From NCBI RefSeq assembly GCF_006345805.1, contig NW_021835518.1:1-39218 (forward strand): a DNA stretch of 39,218 bases, in the 5' to 3' direction. The notes below the pieces were generated by a model. That model searched no databases, was not told where the DNA came from, and saw only the letters and a list, made by a program, of their open reading frames with translations. The position numbers and the translations under genes were made by a program. The stretch's first letter is position 1. The number at the start of each line of letters is the position of its first letter. Shown piece by piece: positions 1-13,200 of the stretch. The DNA is from Octopus sinensis. Taxonomy: Eukaryota.

Positions 1-219
1 CTAACTGGTTGCAAATTTCACAAGGCTCCATTGTAAGATGTAGCGAATCTTTAAAATTTTAAGTTGCCAGACGTACTCGGCTAGCGAAGTTGAATGGGCC
101 AATATTGGTTTTCATAGTAATATGAAAAACAGTATACGTATATACCCACTTCGCCAAAATAGCTAGCCATGTATCAAAATCTATACATTGGTGTGTGTGT
201 ATATGTATATGTATATGTA

Positions 220-341
220 TTTCACCTTGATCACCGTGACTGACCAGGCTATCAGATGTTGCTACACATCGCTGGTCACAATGCGCTTCGCTTTGTTTTA
301 GCCTTCAAATGACGCCACCCCGCTGGCTAAGCGAGCAGGCC
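220..341. mobile_element. Fragment of an interspersed repeat (SINE-tail-like)
   Basis: GC-richer island (ttcaccttgatcaccgtg...ggctaagcgagcaggcc) between microsatellites. It resembles a common octopus repeat from memory only; there is no second copy in this window. Confidence 0.35.
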
Positions 342-365
342 AATATGTGTATATATATATATTTA

Positions 366-490
366 CAGGGTGATTCAAAAGTCACCATACATAGGAAAAA
401 TTTATTTTTTTATAAGAAACATTTTTTATTTAAATGTTTCTTATTAAAAAAAATGTTTTTCCTATGTATAGTAACTTTTGAATCACCCTG
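366..490. mobile_element. 125-bp fold-back Tc1/mariner-type MITE
   Basis: TA|CAGGGTGATTCAAAAGT...ACTTTTGAATCACCCTG|TA. The 17-bp terminal inverted repeats are perfect, TA flanks both ends (364-365, 491-492), and the inverted symmetry continues almost to the centre. Confidence 0.9.
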
Positions 491-1397
491 TATAAATATA
501 TATATATATACACACACATGCGAAATTAATATGAAAACCATTATACATACATACACACCGCACATATATATCTTTTTCCCAATCTCTATCCATTATTCTC
601 ACTACAGATTCTCCAACCACCTTCTCCAGACACTCCTACAAACGACACCACTACCATTTATTGTCACAGCCACAACATTTTGTCGACTTTTAGTATTTTC
701 TCTCCCTTCATTCATCCTCCTCTTAACTTCGTTATTCTCCCCTGCACCTTTCTCTTCATTTACCTACCTTTTTACATTTCACTTATTATCTTCTCTAACT
801 CAATCTCTCTTTCGCTTTCTTTCGTATCCTCTCTCACCCATCTCTCATCAATTCTTGCTTTCATTTTTCTTTCATTTTGTCATCCTCACCCATGTTCCCG
901 CCATTCCAACAACTTTTTCCCGAACCCTAACAAAATTTACTCCCGGTCCTTCCATCTTTCTTCCCAGCTCTTCCTATTCCACCACATTTCTTTCATCACA
1001 TTTCTCTCCCATTCCATCTTACCTCTCTATTTCCCTATCTTCCCACAATTCTTCCCAGCCACCTTGTTTTCTCTTAAAGCGATTCTATAAAGTCTAACAC
1101 TTTACATCATTCCATAGCCCTCTTCCCCCACCGTCCACGCATCTCGTATAATTCTACCTCTGCTTTATTCACTTACAGTCTCAAGCCAATCTACTCGATT
1201 TTTTACACTCCACGACCCACCAAGTTGCGTTTACATCACAACCCCACCACAGCGCTCACTACATCGCGCCGCCAAATTTTCTTTAAATCCACGCCCTTCC
1301 CACACGTCGTGACCATCGTCTCCGTTACCACAATAGAGCTCATCTCTCTGCAACCACGAACAGCAGCAAAACAACAACAACAACAACGCCAACATGA

Positions 1398-1592
1398 GTG
1401 GAGGCGCAATGGCCCAGTGGTTTGGGCAGCGGACTCGCAGTCGTAAGAACACAATTTCGATTCCCAGACCGGACATTGTGAGTGTTTATTGAGCAAAAGC
1501 ACCTAAGCTCCACGTGGCTCCAGCGGGGGTGGGGTGAACTCCGCTGTACTCTTTCACCACAACTTTCTCTCGCTCTTTTTTCCTACTTCTGC
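1398..1592 (+). mobile_element. tRNA-derived SINE, family A (tRNA-Arg-like head, consistent with octopus OR-type SINEs), 3'-truncated
   Basis: Pol III A-box TGGCCCAGTGG and B-box-like TTTCGATTCC. Aligns over ~190 bp with the copies at 34618 (+) and 31282-31580 (-). Confidence 0.85.
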
Positions 1593-2396
1593 TACAAAGT
1601 AGAGGAACCACGATGTAACCCACTATGGTGTGGTAAACTTTCAAACCCTAGACTAGATTGCGAATTCAGCTCTCCACCCCTTAAAAGCCACCATTTACGG
1701 AATGAGGATAACAACGTAGCTTTCGCGCCCGTGCAACCGCCAGTCTATCGCGTGTGGTGGGTGGATCTTCAAGTTGCCGCACGCATTCTTAGTAGCTTTG
1801 AGTAGGCTCGAATTAAACATTATCCTTTGTTGCTAATGGCGTGAGTCCTGATTGGAAGAAGAAGACAACAGCATAAGCTGATGTCAGTATTTCTATATGA
1901 GCGCTCGACCTGCACAAATTGCTAGCCAAATCTCGTTTAAATCACACATCCTACTGCTTTGAAAATGAAGAGACCATGCATTGTGCAATGTAATCCACGG
2001 TGTAGTAAAACAGCCATGGTCAAAACTGCAGCCCGAGAGAATTCCTGAATGGTACATCTAACGAACAATTATCTTGAATTTGTTTAAACTGATGATGAGC
2101 CATCATCCGGCCCGTTTTGCAAAAAGAAGGTTACCCATTCTTCTAATAAAAGAACGGGATGTTCATGACTGGAACGTTTATGATTATAAACCTGCTCGTT
2201 CAGAACCCACCAAGGGGCAAACAACAATAAGAACGACAACACCCATGACCACATCTTCAACACTACAGCTGCCACCTTGCCACAACGCAACGGCCTGTAT
2301 CACCACTAAACCACAGAACAGATAGTAACAGTACCGCTAATATAGTGTTTATCTTGTACACCACTACACACTAGTAACAGCACCAGCATCACCACA

Positions 2397-2397
<1 letters not shown>

Positions 2398-2446
<49 letters not shown>
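2398..2446. repeat. (CTA)n microsatellite
   Basis: Direct reading. Confidence 0.95.
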
Positions 2447-2448
<2 letters not shown>

Positions 2449-2711
2449 ATCCCTATCACTTCATAGCTACTACGTGTAATAATGTGCTCCATACCTACGG
2501 AATTACTACGCAGCTATCACTATCAGTACCACGTCACAGCACAGCTACCACCAATACTACAATTGTTGCGGAACAGCCACCATCCCAACTACTACCACAA
2601 ACACCACCACCATCACAAATATCGTTTATTACATCTTTTATGGATTGTTTGAAGCTAACTTTCTTCCTACACCTCGATCCTTAAATCTCATATATATACA
2701 TATATATATAA

Positions 2712-2750
<39 letters not shown>

Positions 2751-2843
2751 CGTGTATGTATGTATATCAATGGTACAGCACACTTAATTCTAGTTTGAGC
2801 TGTACGGGCTCGATTCTCTGCTATGTACATAGACTCATATATA

Positions 2844-2880
2844 CGAGGTAGTGTTGAAAAGTTCCTGGCTTTAAAACATG
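2844..2880 (+). mobile_element. Solo mariner-type terminal inverted repeat
   Basis: TA|CGAGGTAGTGTTGAAAAGTTCCTGGCT resembles the mariner end at 11472-11500 (revcomp CGAGGTGGTATCAAAACGTTTCCAGACT). No partner end found. Confidence 0.55.
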
Positions 2881-3253
2881 CATGAACTTGAAAGAGTACA
2901 ACATGATTCATTCTAATCACAGAACACCTCGCAGAAGAGCTCACCAAAAACTTAGAATCAGTTATAAATGTGTTGGAACTGCGTCGAAAGAATAAAACCG
3001 AGACAAAAATTCAACAGATAATACTGAATACAATATGATCGTACCATCATACAACTTTACGAATTACTTGCAAGGTTGAGAAAACAAATCCTGCCATAGT
3101 TTGGAGTTAACCATCGGCTTTAAACTTTGCTTACAAATCGTGGCTGTAGGAATATCTCTGAAATATATAATTTCGCAGCTATTCCATACTGAAGAACTGC
3201 ATATAATTCTGTCTTCTCAGATCTTTCCAATTAATAAGATTTACTTACCGCAA

Positions 3254-3897
3254 AAGGCGGCGAACTGGCAGAATCGCTAACACGCCAGCAAAAATTCTTA
3301 CCGTAATTTCGTCCGTCTTCGTGTTCTGAGTTCAAATTCCGCCGAGGTCGTCTTTGCCTTTTATTCTTTCAGGTCGATAAAATAGGTACCAGTTGAGTAA
3401 TGGAGTAGATGTAATCGACCAGCCTATTCCGTAAAATTACAGGCCTTGTACCAAAATTTGAAACCCTTAAGACAACGAGCAGGCAGAATTGTTAATATGC
3501 CGGGCAAAATATTTAGCAGAATTTTGTCCGTCTTCATGTTCTAAGTTTAAATTCTGCCGAGGTCGTCTTTGCTTTCCATCTTTCTGAGTCAATAAAATAA
3601 GTACCAGTTGAGTACCGAGGTCGATGTAATCGACCAGCCTCTTCCGTAAAATTGCTGGCCTTGTACCAAAATTTGAAACCATTTAGACGGAGAGCTAGCA
3701 GAATCTTTAGCACGCCGGGCAAAATGCTTCGCAGCATTTCGTACGTCTTTCTGTATTGAATTCAGATTCCGCTGAGGTGGACTTTGCTTTCATCCTTTCA
3801 GGGTCGATAAAATAAGTATCAGTTGTACCCTGGGGTCCATATAATCAATTTAGACCATCTCCCGGACTTGTTGGCTTTGGACCCAAATTTGAAATCA
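3254..3897 (+). mobile_element. Head-to-tail trimer of SINE family B (~214 bp each: 3254-3466, 3467-3680, 3681-3897)
   Basis: Each unit has a GGCGG(C)GAGCTGGCAGAATC-like head, a GTTCAAAT-like B-box, a central TTTGCCTTTCATCCTTTC-GGTCGATAAAATAAGTACCAG box, and ends in AAATTTGAAA(C/T)C. Monomeric copies lie at 32832-33045 and 35967-36180. Confidence 0.9.
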
Positions 3898-4261
3898 ACA
3901 TTAACTTGCCCTTTAAATAACTCACATATATAGCACACAGGCGCACTTAGATATTAGCTATAATAGATTTATGGAGATATTATATGTTCCTGTCAAAAAT
4001 ATATCAACACTATTTTCTCGTTCACTCAGAAACTATTTCACAAGTGTATATTCAAAAAAAAAAAAAAAAAAATTGACATGAAAACGATGTTTGCACTTAA
4101 CGAGAGCAAAATAACAGTTTGCTTTTGTCTGTTGGTCATGTGATATAACGTCAGCTCTTGTCTATTGTCACATGATACCGTGTGTTGAATCCCGAATGTA
4201 TTTCTCTCGCTTAGTGCTTCTCTTTCCTTACTCGTCTCTCTGTCTTAGTCCGTTTGTGTGT

Positions 4262-4270
4262 TTCTCTCGC

Positions 4271-4311
<41 letters not shown>

Positions 4312-5075
4312 CCATCTCTAAATCCCCTCTCTGTCTTTCTCTATCCTTCTCTCTGTCTCTCTCTCTATCCTTCTCTCTGTCTGTCTCTCTCTATCCTTCT
4401 CTCTGTCTCTCTCTCTATCCTTCTCTCTGTCTGTCTCTCTCTATCCTTCTCTCTGTCTCTCTCTATCCTTCTCTCTGTCTCTCTCTATCCTTCTCTCTGT
4501 CTCTCTCTCTATCCTTCTCTCTGTCTCTCTCTCTATCCTCTCTGTCTTTCTCTATCCTTCTCTCTGTCTCTCTCTCTTTCCTTCTCTCTGTTTCTCTCTC
4601 TATCCTTCTCTCTGTCTCTCTCTATCCTTCTCTCTGTCTCTCTCTATCCTTCTCTCTGTCTCTCTCTATCCTTCTCTCTGTCTCTCTCTCTATCCTTCTC
4701 TTTGTCTCTCTCTATCCTTCTCTTTGTCTCTCTCTATCCTTCTCTCTGTCTCTCTCTATCCTTCTCTCTGTCTCTCTCTATCCTTCTCTTTGTCTCTCTC
4801 TATCCTTCTCTCTGTCTCTCTCTATACTTCTCTCTGTTTCTCTCTCTATCCTTCTTTCTGTCTCTCTCTCTTTCATTCTCTTTGTCTCTCTCTATCCTTC
4901 TCTCTGTCTCTCTCTATCCTTCTCTCTGTCTCTCTCTATCCTTCTCTTTGTCTCTCTCTATCCTTCTCTCTGTCTCTCTCTATCCTTCTCTCTGTCTCTC
5001 TCTCTATCCTTCTCTCTGTCTCTCTCTATCCTTCTCTCTGTCTCTCTCTTCCCCTCTCTCTCACCGTCTCTCCTG
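4262..5075. repeat. Polypyrimidine minisatellite, unit ~20-24 bp (ATCCTTCTCTCTGT(CT)n), preceded by (CT)n
   Basis: About 30-35 copies read directly; it explains the LSLS ORFs at 4254-5129. Confidence 0.95.
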
Positions 5076-5221
5076 ATTTCCATTTTGTCTCTATCTGCGT
5101 TTCATTTACTAAATCAACCTGATGGCTAACATTATTTATCTGAAATGTAAGGCAAAAAAAATAGGTTGAAAGGCAGATAAGATTCATGAAAGAAGTTCCC
5201 TCAAGAAAAAAGACGTACCAC

Positions 5222-5311
<90 letters not shown>

Positions 5312-5327
5312 ACATACATACATACAT

Positions 5328-5366
<39 letters not shown>

Positions 5367-5406
5367 CACCCCACACACATACACACACACACATACACAC
5401 ACACAC

Positions 5407-5445
<39 letters not shown>

Positions 5446-5458
5446 TATATATATATAC
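5222..5458. repeat. Compound microsatellite (TATC)n-(TACA)n-(CA)n-(TA)n
   Basis: Direct reading. Confidence 0.95.
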
Positions 5459-6369
5459 ATCTTGAAGTAGTTTCCAAAAGACTTCTAACGTTGATTCTTC
5501 ATACTTTACTTTGGATTTACTGGTGTAAAATGGTGTAGATATGAAAAATTATATAAGCATATTAAGTATATGATATAAGTTACAGAACGAAGTTCGACAA
5601 ATTCAATCATGTTTTTCATAAATGGAGATTAGATGTTAATATGGGATAAAACATTTATTGAATTCGCCAGACGATCATTTCGTACAGAAAGACAATAAAT
5701 TCATTTTTTCGAATCTGAGTTGTCAAAGAGTCTAATCAATTGCACAATAAGAATGGATTAGAACTTAATAAAGAAAAAGGTGGATTTTAGGGTTACATTA
5801 ATATTTTGTTCTTACTAATTTTTAATGTCTTATTGTTCTAGACGTCATGTCTATTTAAAACACGACTAACGGGTAACGGTTTGGTGATAATATATATAAC
5901 ATAGAAATATAAGTAACTTTTTCTCTATAGATTAGTGTAAATGAGCTAGTTTTAAACTCCATATAAGCAGTAAGAAGCGAGAGGGGTTGGAAATCCAAAT
6001 AAGGGAGTACAGGAAACTGAAATTTATATTTGACCGTTAATAATCATTTCGGCTTTTTTATAAACTAGAAAAATGTTTAAGAGCCCTCGTAAATGGTTAG
6101 TGGTATATAAACTTTATAGTAGAATGTTTATGTAAATGATATGTCAGAAATATAGAAGATAATTTACAGAAAATAGTTAAAGCAGTAAAAATTAGATACT
6201 AATGGACGGTTAATACGACAATATAAGAAAAGTATAAAAATTATAAGGATAATAAATGAATATATGGACATATCTGTACACTCGCATATATGAATATCTT
6301 TATGCGCGTGTATGAGTACATATATATATATATTCATATACACGCATGCATGTATGTATAAGTATACAC

Positions 6370-6429
<60 letters not shown>

Positions 6430-7042
6430 TATATAAATTTATCCTTTTGTTATAATCTTCTTAATAATCCTTTGATTAACCCTAAATTTTAATTATATAC
6501 AATTAGAGCAATATTGTTTAAAATATATAACTATAGTACTACATGATAAGATTATTCCCTGTTACATTATCAATGGTCTACTAGTGACTGCCCCCTTAAT
6601 TGTCAGCTAACATCTTGATTTAAGTTTTCCTTTACCAAACCTCATGATTTTTATGACTATATCACTATGATTTTTGTCTGTTCCCTCAGCCCTACATTTA
6701 ACAGACTCTGCCCCTTGTTCTCTCAGCCTTAGATATGAAAGGATTTGATAAAACTATCTATAAATTAAAACTGACCCCATAAAAATAAACAGTGACAAGC
6801 AAAAATCTATAACAAGTCTTTCTTCCTGTTAAGGCAACATGTTCTTTGTCTATCTCCCTAACTTCTTGGAGATTTTAGGTAAAATTATACTTATGTGCCC
6901 ATCTGTTTTAATTTAATTAAATCCTATGTCTTTGTGCAGCTGAAGATTGCTCTGCATTTAAATTAATGTAATGATTGCATTGTTCAATTAAATGGTGCTG
7001 TGTGAAACGATCGTACTGATTTACGTCTGGATATACTTGTTG

Positions 7043-7092
<50 letters not shown>

Positions 7093-7794
7093 AGCTAGAC
7101 ATAGCCTGAGCCTACTGGTCGAAACCTAGCTAAGTTGTATGTATGTTACACACACACGCACATACACACACACACGCACATACACACACACACACGCATA
7201 CACACACACACGCACATACACACACACACACACCACACACACACGTCAGAAGTTTAAATATATCTAAAAATAATCATCAATCTCTCTTTTAGGTTCAGCA
7301 GTATAAGGTGATTTATGAACTTTCAACAGGTTTTGATATGATAGATAGACAGCTTTACTGACAGATTGTTACATACAAGCTGAGGTGTGTGTATATGTGT
7401 GGGGACAGGTTGCGCTTATCCACGTATATACACGCGCATTCGCATACGTTTACACATAAACACTGACGTATATTATTGGAGATGGAAGTTTCAATACCCT
7501 CAATGGTATTCATCGTGGGTGTATAAATATAGTTATGTATTTACTTACATGCATGAACGCGTAAAGGCTTCTATATGCGTAATGTATACATACTCACACG
7601 CATACACGCACGTATACACAAACATACGGTCACACACAGACACACGCACACAAATGTATATCTGTGTATATATCTATATAGAGGAGTGATAGCTTAAGAG
7701 ATGCATATATAGACAGCCATATAGAATAGACAAAAGTCCATTGGAATTATAGATACGTAGCTAGTAATAGTTAGATCTATATACACGTATATTG

Positions 7795-7795
7795 G

Positions 7796-7842
<47 letters not shown>

Positions 7843-7912
7843 CATGTATGCTGGTATATGTATATATATATGTATATGTATATACATACATATATATATA
7901 CATATGTATGTA

Positions 7913-7961
<49 letters not shown>

Positions 7962-7964
7962 CTA

Positions 7965-8039
<75 letters not shown>

Positions 8040-8042
8040 TGT
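7795..8042. repeat. (TA)n-rich microsatellite
   Basis: Direct reading. Similar tracts at ~6371-6435, 7046-7090, 8620-8980, 10090-10347, 12470-12557, 13590-13885, 22523-22561, 29320-29480. Confidence 0.95.
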
Positions 8043-8761
8043 AGCTTGAGAAAGAGAGTGTATGAGAAAGACAGACAGAGTGGGAGATGGCCACCATCGC
8101 TGATGTGTAGACAACTCGAAGGTATTATATTGCGCCGTAGTAATGAGTGTGGAAACATGAAAATTACTTGCACGGTGACTAAATCAATGGCGGATCTTAA
8201 AACCTTGTCAGAGAAGCCATCTTGTTATGCTTCGTTATTAGATTTTCTTGAACTGAAATGAAAATGAAATGACTCAGAAAATTGCGTAAACAAATAATTG
8301 TCTTTTCTTGGCATATTCCTATCTCTTTCTTTCTGTCTTTCTTCTCTCCCCGCTCTCTTTCCATCGCTCTTTCTGTCTCTTTCCCTTTGTATATGTATAT
8401 GTATATATATATATGATGAATTTATATGTTTGTTTGTGTGTGCGTATGTGTTTCTATGTATGTATATGAATGTCTTTATGTTTGTCTATACATATTTCTA
8501 TCAAGCCACTCTCCTACTCTCTCAATATATCTGTCTCTCAGTGATTCTCTCTATCGCTAAGTGTATCCTTCTCTTACTCCCACTCTTTCTATCTGATCTC
8601 TCTGTGTCTATCCTTCTATATATATGTGCGTGTGTGTATATATATATATATATTTCAAATATATATACATACATTTATACACACAAACACACATACATAC
8701 ATATATACATATATGAATATACTCACATACATGTATGTATATGTATATATATAAATATGTA

Positions 8762-8806
<45 letters not shown>

Positions 8807-8848
8807 GTATGTATATATATATTTGTATATGTATATATAGTATATATG

Positions 8849-8891
<43 letters not shown>

Positions 8892-8897
8892 ACACAC

Positions 8898-8928
<31 letters not shown>

Positions 8929-9677
8929 AATATATATATATACAATATATATATACATATATATATAACATATATATATGTGTGTGAGTGTGTATATGTA
9001 TGTTGTCCGTGCGCTCAAATGTCTGTCTATCTATCTAGATATCTGTGTATATATATCTATGTTCATATGAACACACACACATACAAATTTATTTGTCCGT
9101 CTGTAACGATATTTACTCTCCACAATTCTTCGTACAGCTCTGTTATTATCCATTCTCCTCATTCTTTTCCTCTCTTCTCTTCTCTTCTCTTCTCTCATCC
9201 CTCTTTCATTCTTTCTTTCTTCCTTTCTTTCTTTCTCCTCCTCCTCCTCCTCCTCCTCTTCCTTCCCGCCATTTCTCTTTCGTTTCACACTTCCCAGCTC
9301 GCTCCTCTACTTACCTTTCTTCTGAGTCAACCAACCCCCCACATCATCGTCTTACTTCCTTTCCTTCTCAAACCACCTTCTACTCCTCCCTCTGACCATC
9401 CCTTCCTCCCCTTCCTCCTACCACTACCATATTCCTCCATTACATTTCGCTTCTCCCTCAATTCTTAATACCTTAAATATCATTCTTATAGTTTTCGCAT
9501 TCTGGAAATTTCTTCGTCATACATTTATTTACAAGTAATTTCTCTTTCTCTCCATATATATATATATATTCAATTTAATTCCTATAATCACACCCTCTCT
9601 TACTCACACATTCACGCTTACCACACGCGTGGGCGCGAGGACATACACACACACTGTCATATACGCTCGCACACGCA

Positions 9678-9698
9678 CATGCTCAGAGAAATATCCAC

Positions 9699-9771
<73 letters not shown>

Positions 9772-9790
9772 AGTCTGTCTGTCTGTCTGT

Positions 9791-9864
<74 letters not shown>

Positions 9865-9980
9865 GTCTGTCTGTTTTTCTATGTATCTATCTATCTATCT
9901 GTCTGACTGTCTGTCTATTTATCTCTCTCTCTCTCTATCTACCTAGTACCCTCTCTCTCTCTCTTTCTCTCTCTCTCTCT
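9678..9980. repeat. (CTAT)n/(CTGT)n (GATA/GACA) compound repeat
   Basis: Direct reading. Similar blocks at ~12073-12400 and ~28332-28680. Confidence 0.95.
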
Positions 9981-10286
9981 AAATGTGTTTATGTACACAC
10001 AATATATACACTCTATACACACACGTTATGCATATATGTATAAGTAATTACTTTTGCATGTATGAATGTACTTGGATTTGATCGTACATATATATACATA
10101 CATATATGTATATACCTATATATATATGTGTATATATATATACACATAAACATATACATAGATATGTATATACATATATACATGCATACGTATATATATA
10201 TATGTACATAACATATATATATATACATACAAACCATACATACATACATACGCACACACATACACACACACACCACACACACACCA

Positions 10287-10350
<64 letters not shown>

Positions 10351-10729
10351 ACAAGTGAGATCCTCAGATTCTCAGTATAGAAAACACTTAGTAGTGCTCA
10401 AAAATTTCAAACATAGACTCCGATGTTTTTACTGGGGAACAATTCGACAAGGTAAAGAATGTTTATAAGAGGATCACTTTGGGCATATATAGGGGCAAAT
10501 TATGCGGATAAACAAATTAGATCTATTAAATGTAATAGTTTGGGTATGAAATAAAGAAAATACATGCAAGATATATGTATACATGCAAAACGAAAGTGAG
10601 CAAAAATACAGAGACTTTCTGACGATGAATATTTAAGTATATTATATATGTAGATATGTATGTAAATAAATCCAGCTTACACTATGTACAAACGAATGGT
10701 ACATTTGGAGACATATGAAATAGGATTCT

Positions 10730-11500
10730 CTATTTGAAATAAAGTCGCTTTCCGTAAGCGAGTCGAGGACCTTCTGCGCTTCACTCTGGATCTCGATAAC
10801 GCTGTTAAAACGGTGATCTCTGAGCAGCATTTTCAATTTGGGGATGTGATGGAAGTCCCCATGTGCTACCAAATCTGGCGAATATGCTGGGTGTGGTAGC
10901 GATACTGTGTTCTTTTTGGCGAGAAACTCCTGAGTGAGGAGAGCTCAATGACAGGTGCATCGTCACCGTGAAGAATTTAATTCGTCGTGCTTCACAGATC
11001 CGGTGGCTTTCGTCAAATGTGCTCCCCCAACTGCTTCAAAAAGTCCTCTGACGATCCTCATACACAATCTGATGAATTTTCTCAACATTTCAGAGTGTGA
11101 AGCTCGTGGCAAATCTACCAGATTGTTCAGCATCTGCCAGGGACGTTCTTCCGAATTTGAAGCCCTCGTGTCACTCGAAACATTGTGTCCGACCCATTGC
11201 CTCTTCATCGTAAGCTTGCTGAAGTAAGCTCAATGTCTCTGTTGCAGACTTCCCATGTTTAGCCTTAAATTTAACGTTGGCTCTCTATTCCACCTTCCAG
11301 ACCATGACAAAAATCGCGAGATTACACCATCACTTGGTCACAAGAACACAAATTTCACAACTTACGCAGTAAACACAGCAATGTCACTGGGCACACTACT
11401 TCATGAAGGTCACTGTTAGCTCTCACTGCGTACTTAACAGTGTGCTGCCATCTGTTGGCTTGCTACATAACTAGTCTGGAAACGTTTTGATACCACCTCG
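10730..11500 (-). mobile_element. Internally deleted, decayed mariner (DD34D-type) element
   Basis: 5' TIR at 11472-11500 followed by TA. The minus strand reads an N-terminal HTH-like region (..ENVEKIHQIVYEDRQRT) fused directly to LKQLGEHI*RKPPDL*STTN*ILHGDDAP, then FLAKKNTVSLPHPAYSPDLVAHGDFHHIPKLK. These match the mariner HDNA and YSPDL motifs, with stops and frameshifts. No 3' TIR seen. Confidence 0.9.
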
Positions 11501-11609
11501 TATGTATGCATTTATATGGATATTCTTGTCAACGGATTTCTCACGTCGATGACGAGTTTGTTAACTTGATTTTCTGCGTATTTCCACCGAAGAATATAAT
11601 AGCAGAGAC

Positions 11610-12060
11610 TCTTTCCATTGAAGAAATAGTGAATGCTGTGAAAGATAAAAAGGAAAGAAGAAGAAGAAGAAGCAAAGCTGGGCTAAGTCGTTTGGGTTGG
11701 ATAACTTGTGTTATGGGATCTTATGAAATGTGGGCGTGAAAACCAGCTTCAACGTCTAAATTAATACAAAAGGTCTGGACTGAATCGAGTGTTCCGAGTA
11801 GGTGGAAAGATGTGCTGATGGTGGTTTTTTTTTTCTAAAGGAAAAGGTACGAAAGACGACTGTGCGAATTACTTTGGGAAACCGCTTCTCTCTCTTGCAG
11901 GGAAGGTTTTGAGTAGGATCTCAAAAGCATCGCTGATGAGGTTCACTCTGAGTGTCAGGGTACAATTCAGAAATGGCAAAGGGGCAAAGGACATATGTTT
12001 TCCGTTAGGTAATTGGAGAAGTGCATTGAACTCAAGTTGGATCTGCATCAAGACTTCTGT
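11610..12060 (+). pseudogene. Decayed non-LTR retrotransposon reverse-transcriptase fragment (RTE-like clade)
   Basis: TLSIEEIVNAVK ... KLIQKVWTESSVPSRWKDVLMVVFF-SKGKGTKDDCANYFGKPLLSLAGKVLSRI ... FSVR*LEKCIE. This corresponds to the RTE-type IW..E.VP..WKDA.IV.LFKGKG...DC.NYRGISLLS..GKVL.RI and FS.RQL.EKC.E motifs. Confidence 0.8.
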
Positions 12061-12073
12061 GTGTGTATGTGTG

Positions 12074-12146
<73 letters not shown>

Positions 12147-12204
12147 GTCTGTCTATCTGTCTGTCTGTCTGTCTGTCTATCTGTCTGTCTGTCTGTCTGT
12201 CTGC

Positions 12205-12248
<44 letters not shown>

Positions 12249-12299
12249 ATATATATATATCTATCTATCTATCTATCTATCTATCAATCTATCTATATA

Positions 12300-12334
<35 letters not shown>

Positions 12335-12477
12335 GTCTGTCTGTCTATCTATCTATCTGTCTGTCTATCTGTCTGTCTGCTTGCCTGTCTGCCTGTCTGT
12401 TTGTGTGTGCGTCTGTCTACGGGCATGCACCCATAAAATCGGTCTGCACATGAATGTGTGCGTGTGTGTGTATGTAT

Positions 12478-12558
<81 letters not shown>

Positions 12559-13136
12559 TATAATATATGTAATTATGTAATATATGTATGACTGTAAGTG
12601 TGTGTGTATCGCTCCGTACCTGTATGAGTGTTTGAATGAGTGCATACGTATGTATACATAGGTGAAGTGGATGTATGTATTCATGTATGTGTGTGCGTAT
12701 AAATATTATGTAAATATAACTATATATATATATATATATGCACGCACTCATATATACATACACAGACATATTCATACATATATGCATACATACAAACGTA
12801 CATATATTGGCAATGTATTACTGCAACAAAACCAGCTGACATACAGACTGACCAACACATCCATGCCCACCTAAATGACCACAGCCATTGGTCATCACTT
12901 TTTAAATTTGTCGTTTATTGCATCAATGTCAAAAGGTGACATTTATTGTCCTAGTAAAACAAGGTCCGGCTTCTGGCCGATGGCTTTAACCAACTTAATC
13001 GAATTATCTTTCTCTGACCAGTCATCTGTCCAGTTCGTCTCTTATGATGTTGACCGTCCGAATCATCTGGACAGAGCGTTTGTCCTATAAATTCATCAAC
13101 AAATACACTAAACCGTGTACCGTCTGGTTGCTTCGG

Positions 13137-13200
13137 TATGGTGGTGGTGGTGGTGGTGGTGGTGGTGATGGTGGTGGTTGATGCTGATCGTGCCGGTGGT
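13137..13200. repeat. (GGT)n microsatellite
   Basis: Direct reading. Confidence 0.9.

Noticed and set aside
79-170. Partial inverted repeat GGCTAG-CGAAGT / ACTTCGCC..GCTAGCC and small palindromes
   Set aside because: Short and gapped; not enough to call a MITE or structured RNA.
309-1097. 262-aa ORF and overlapping ORFs
   Set aside because: They run through a MITE, (TA)n and C/T-rich low-complexity DNA, with no recognisable domain.
1398-1475. tRNA gene-like sequences (also at 31500-31580, 34618-34700, 35330-35408)
   Set aside because: They are SINE heads that continue into shared SINE bodies and lack a complete cloverleaf acceptor stem or oligo-T terminator.
4254-5129. Leu/Ser-rich ORFs resembling membrane proteins
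   Set aside because: Translation of a CT minisatellite.
7095-7135. CTGAG..GGTCGAAACC as a hammerhead or Penelope end
   Set aside because: Lacks the CTGANGA core and flanking stems.
7761-10352. Many YI/CV/HT/LSIY-repeat ORFs here and elsewhere
   Set aside because: Translations of di- and tetranucleotide microsatellites.
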